A DNA stretch of 64,000 bases, from the IMG/VR virus record IMGVR_UViG_3300033463_000004, positions 64,001-128,000 of that record. One strand, written 5' to 3'. Numbering within the stretch: the first letter of the stretch is position 1; every line of letters starts with the position of its first letter. The notes beneath the pieces were generated by a model. That model did no database searches. It saw only the letters and a list, made by a program, of their open reading frames with translations, and was not told where the DNA came from. The position numbers and the translations under genes were made by a program. Positions 60,471 to 64,000 of the stretch are shown here, one piece after another. This DNA is from a virus (lineage: Duplodnaviria; Caudoviricetes).

Positions 60471-61223
60471 TTAAATAGATTCACGATTGATATCCTTCAT
60501 GTTTGCATGAAGTCTTTCAATACTATAATAAGACTCTGAAATCAGATCTGTCTTAATGCCCATAGCGGCAAGATACAAATCTGTCTGAAGAACTGTGGGT
60601 TTATCATAGACACCAGTCTTGATGTTTTCCAATTTCACAGAACCAGTACGGGATATTTCATCCAACATATTATCGTATTCTGTAACATTGTCACCACGTG
60701 CTCCAGATATCTCAGAGAGAATCACATCGGCACCTGCACCTGCAAGCAACTCATTCTCGACACCAGTTGTTGTTCCAGCTTTTGATTCACCTTTCACAGC
60801 ACCGGTGTTTTCATCACGATCCGTATCAGAGATCGTCAGACCCGTCTTCTTCATGACCATCTGTTGCGGTCGTTTGATATTGAGATAACCAACAAGTACA
60901 GGTTCCTTGGTTCTTACAGGTCGGTTGGGGTCTGAAGAAAGATGTGGCATGTATACATATTCGAAAAGTTTGATTCCAAGAATATCCGCAGCATTTTCAA
61001 TATTCTCGAATTTTAATCTACGTGATTCTGGACCAAACTCTTCAATATCCACGCGTATATTTGATTTCGGATCCGCAAGAAATCCTTTGATCCATTGGTC
61101 AAATTGTTGATCATTCATCGTTTGAAACATATGACGATATTTCTCTGCGTTCTTTCCAGAAATATCCAATGCTCTCAGAACTTTATCAATCAACGTTTCG
61201 ACTTTCTTACGTTTATCAGTCAT
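60471..61223 (-). CDS. Split (virion) RNA polymerase beta subunit, C-terminal fragment
   Basis: 'T.EPVLVGYLNIKRPQQMVMKK...RD..TG.V.GESK.G....E...L...GA..IL.E....RGD' aligns with RpoB 'V.VG..Y..KL.H.V.DK...T.QP..G+...GG....E...L.A.GA...L.E.....SD'; ends 'L.AMG'. Confidence 0.75.
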   Translation of the reverse strand: MTDKRKKVETLIDKVLRALDISGKNAEKYRHMFQTMNDQQFDQWIKGFLADPKSNIRVDIEEFGPESRRLKFENIENAADILGIKLFEYVYMPHLSSDPNRPVRTKEPVLVGYLNIKRPQQMVMKKTGLTISDTDRDENTGAVKGESKAGTTTGVENELLAGAGADVILSEISGARGDNVTEYDNMLDEISRTGSVKLENIKTGVYDKPTVLQTDLYLAAMGIKTDLISESYYSIERLHANMKDINRESI

Positions 61224-61285
61224 TCAACACTTCTCCTTTCGTATGAAGTTACTGAAACGTTGAAATACACACTTTTCTAAGATTC

Positions 61286-61330
61286 TATATGTATATTATT
61301 AATCCGAATAAGATAGTGAGAGTCTTATTC
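61286..61330 (+). promoter_or_regulatory. Putative early promoter with 5' hairpin
   Basis: TATATG-TATAT-T-ATT-AATCC-G; gaataaga/tcttattc stem starts at the G. Confidence 0.6.
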
Positions 61331-61355
61331 ATAATAAATGAAAGGGGCATTTATA

Positions 61356-61823
61356 ATGTCTGAGAAAAATTTTATTGAACGCCATCGTGAAAGATACAAA
61401 GAAATCATTGATACGGTAGAACGTATTTTGATGAAAAGCGTCATACCGTCTTTCATCATTTCAATATTATCATTGAAGAAGATGGCAAAGATATTCGGCT
61501 ACAAAAGTATTTCTACATTTCTGAAAGAAGATGACGAAGTTCTTTCGGAGAAATTTGAATCAATGGATCAAGAAACACAGGATCGGTTGTACGACATGTA
61601 CAAAAATGTTGATGTCCAACTCGAAGGTGTTGAAAACATCTGTGATGAAGGCATCAATCAATTGGGTGAAGCTGAAATTGTTTCAAATGTCTTGGATGCC
61701 CTTGATCCGGAATGGGAAAATTCGGATGAGGACACTGATGATAGTGCCATTGAAGACTTTTTATCATCAGAACTTGGAGAGTTCTTTAACGAATTAACCG
61801 AGCTGACTGATGACGATGAATGA
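61356..61823 (+). CDS. Acidic hypothetical protein (probably early)
   Basis: GAAAGGGG RBS before ATG 61356; has its own promoter and terminator. Confidence 0.7.
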   Translation: MSEKNFIERHRERYKEIIDTVERILMKSVIPSFIISILSLKKMAKIFGYKSISTFLKEDDEVLSEKFESMDQETQDRLYDMYKNVDVQLEGVENICDEGINQLGEAEIVSNVLDALDPEWENSDEDTDDSAIEDFLSSELGEFFNELTELTDDDE

Positions 61824-61825
61824 TT

Positions 61826-61859
61826 TAAATGAATGGGGGCAAATGCCCCCATTCATTTA
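61826..61859. terminator. Bidirectional terminator
   Basis: taaatgaatgggggc-aaat-gcccccattcattta followed by a T tract. Confidence 0.85.
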
Positions 61860-61866
61860 TTTTTTT

Positions 61867-63999
61867 TTATGATTTTGCAGATTCAGTTACAGTGATATTG
61901 TTATTTGTAACAATATCCTGGAGATGTTTATCAAGATCTTCTGCTTCTTTCGGATCAAAGATGTTAGATGCAAATATTTCTTTCACATCAGTATCTTCGA
62001 GAGATGAATAGTTTGCAATAATCCATTCGCAATATTTCTTAACTTCAGGATCAAGTTTCTCACCACTATCAAGAAATTTCTTTGCGACTATCATTGCGGC
62101 ATACGATCTTTCCTCAGACGATGGGTGCGGATCAAACATCAGCTTACCGATCTCACGTTCAAGTGTCGTAAGCTTTTGCAAACGTGCATGATCAAGTTTA
62201 TTTGCAGTAATGCCTTTCATCACATCACCAACACCGAACACATTCGGAAGTCCATACATTGCAGAAAATAAATCCGCATAGTATTCTTCTTTGTCAGTGA
62301 TGGACAGCCATCTTTTCAATTCATCAGCATATGCGTTGGAAAATCCATTAGCAGTCGCTAAGCCACCGCTTCCAAGAATCAATGCAATACCCAACGGCCA
62401 TATCATAGAATTACATGCCATGAGTATGACACCACCAACAAACATTACTGATGCAGCGATTGTCCTGATAACACGTTTTACACCTTTTCCTTTTTTCTTC
62501 GAGGGATCATGTTTGTTGACATAATCTTCCATCTTTTTGATGTATTTGTCAACATTTTCAAGTTCTTCTGGTGTTGCTGCAGCTTCTTTCAATTGTGATC
62601 CATCATAACGCATTGCAGCAATCGACATTAAACGTTTCACAAGCTTTCGTTTGGAAATAACATTTAATTTCTTTCCGCCGATGGATGATAATGCATTAAC
62701 ACAATTCGAAAGAATCACACGACGATTTTTCATATTATCGGTCGATGTTGCAAGTGCCATACCGGATGACAATGTAAAGATAAACTCATCATTATCTTTT
62801 CTTAAAGAACCAGAAATGTTATGCCAAATTTCATGAAGAATGACAGCAAGAACAGATTGACCAAACAACTCACGATTTTTACCAGCTGGATTGATTTGGA
62901 AAATCTTACCGGCAAAATCAATATCAATTGGAGTTCCATGAAGTTGGAATCCTTTTGCTTTTGATACAGTGATTGGTTGTGTCACATCATTAAATATTGA
63001 TGTGTATCCATCTGTTACTTCTTTACCCTTTGAATCTTTAGCATCATAGAATCTGATGGCAAGATGACAATCAAACTGTTGTTCAATACATTTGATTGCT
63101 TGTTTGAATTTGTCGTTTCGACAGATGTCTTTCAGAGAAGGCTCGGTATCCATAAAGGATAACCGAGCCGCATTAAAAAGTTCAACTGCCTTCATGAGAT
63201 TCTTATTGTCGAATCTCATATGTTTCAGATCACTCACGGAAGGTTGTGCAGACCCCACGTTTGATTCCTGAATCATACCCTGAGTCGGTTGTACAAAATC
63301 AAATCCTTGAGATTTGAGAAGATCATAACCGAGTGTGGTTGTTCCATCGAATTGATCAATCAGATCCATGAAATATGCAGATTCACCAATCTTTTCAGAA
63401 ATATCATGAACCTGTTTATCGATATCCATTTTAATATCATCATTGGTTTTAACACCTTGCATGATATCAGCTTCTTCATCAGAGAAGTATGAATTTGTTT
63501 GAACAGGTTTACTTGGTTCTGAAATAATATCAGGAATCTGTTTAGTTGCACGGAGTTCTCTGACCTTTTCATTTGCTGCATGAGTATTATCCATATCAAC
63601 AAGACCAGATGAATATGCAATGATTTCACTTCCATCTGATGCTGTGAATCGACCAATCACTTCACCCTTGGAAGGATCAGGTTGTTTTTGATTCTCCAGC
63701 GCTTTGTTTTTCTCAATGATTTCAGACTGATAAACATTCAGCTTCTGATCGATTCTTTGAGAAATGTTATCAAGCACAGCACCAATAGCACATACAATCG
63801 CCTTTGTATTCGCGGATGGGTTCGGTCTATCAGGTGTAATGATTGAGTCACCTGTGACACTGATTTGTTTTGCACGATCATCAACAATAATGTTTGATGC
63901 AGGAATTTGATACATTGCTGCAACAGATTCCAATGCTTCCACAAGAGTCTGAGACTCATTAATTGCTTTCTCAACAGCTTCCTTCGTTGGAGTTACTTG
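61867..63999 (-). CDS. Zincin/M48-like metallopeptidase-domain virion protein (5' partial)
   Basis: 'ILHEIWH', 'EEYYADLF' and 'DPHPSSEER'; hydrophobic hairpin; frame stays open to the window end. Confidence 0.7.
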   Translation of the reverse strand, partial: QVTPTKEAVEKAINESQTLVEALESVAAMYQIPASNIIVDDRAKQISVTGDSIITPDRPNPSANTKAIVCAIGAVLDNISQRIDQKLNVYQSEIIEKNKALENQKQPDPSKGEVIGRFTASDGSEIIAYSSGLVDMDNTHAANEKVRELRATKQIPDIISEPSKPVQTNSYFSDEEADIMQGVKTNDDIKMDIDKQVHDISEKIGESAYFMDLIDQFDGTTTLGYDLLKSQGFDFVQPTQGMIQESNVGSAQPSVSDLKHMRFDNKNLMKAVELFNAARLSFMDTEPSLKDICRNDKFKQAIKCIEQQFDCHLAIRFYDAKDSKGKEVTDGYTSIFNDVTQPITVSKAKGFQLHGTPIDIDFAGKIFQINPAGKNRELFGQSVLAVILHEIWHNISGSLRKDNDEFIFTLSSGMALATSTDNMKNRRVILSNCVNALSSIGGKKLNVISKRKLVKRLMSIAAMRYDGSQLKEAAATPEELENVDKYIKKMEDYVNKHDPSKKKGKGVKRVIRTIAASVMFVGGVILMACNSMIWPLGIALILGSGGLATANGFSNAYADELKRWLSITDKEEYYADLFSAMYGLPNVFGVGDVMKGITANKLDHARLQKLTTLEREIGKLMFDPHPSSEERSYAAMIVAKKFLDSGEKLDPEVKKYCEWIIANYSSLEDTDVKEIFASNIFDPKEAEDLDKHLQDIVTNNNITVTESAKS

Positions 64000-64000
64000 A

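Noticed and set aside
59511-60474. + strand ORFs of 207 and 223 aa
   Set aside because: Antisense shadows of the low-complexity Glu-rich gene and its neighbour.
1-64000. Stop-codon reassignment
   Set aside because: Code 11 gives dense, uninterrupted genes up to 2.5 kaa.

Overview
This 64-kb window is part of the virion-morphogenesis region of an AT-rich jumbo myophage related to the phiKZ/AR9(PBS1) group. The host is probably Gram-positive (Bacillota), judged from strong AAAGGAGGTGA-type RBSs and CHAP, SH3-like, PG-binding, M23 and NlpC-type wall hydrolases. Layout: (1) 1-24 kb holds tail-fibre/receptor-binding and baseplate genes; (2) 24-31.8 kb holds a RusA resolvase, probable head proteins, an accessory block with an HU-like protein and an endolysin; (3) 31.8-46 kb holds two giant tandem paralogous tape-measure/ejection-like proteins with different wall-hydrolase cargo; (4) 46-64 kb holds neck, inner-head, major capsid, gp25-like, prohead protease, a split RNA polymerase beta C-terminal subunit and a zincin-like protein truncated by the window edge. 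The strongest candidate for a new system is a putative self-processing polyprotein pair. In one giant paralog a papain/C39-like peptidase module is inserted exactly between YG[SN]GD motifs, and G[SN]GD motifs bracket the variable hydrolase cargo in both. Other leads are an unannotated ~210-nt two-domain structured RNA with CCUCCC motifs, a phage promoter motif always followed by a 5' hairpin, a 242-bp mini-gene cassette between identical 36-bp terminators, a recurring hydrophobic-QE-[AS] maturation motif, and a capsid protein fused to an aromatic repeat shared with a tail fibre. All functional calls come from motif recognition by eye; no database searches were run.
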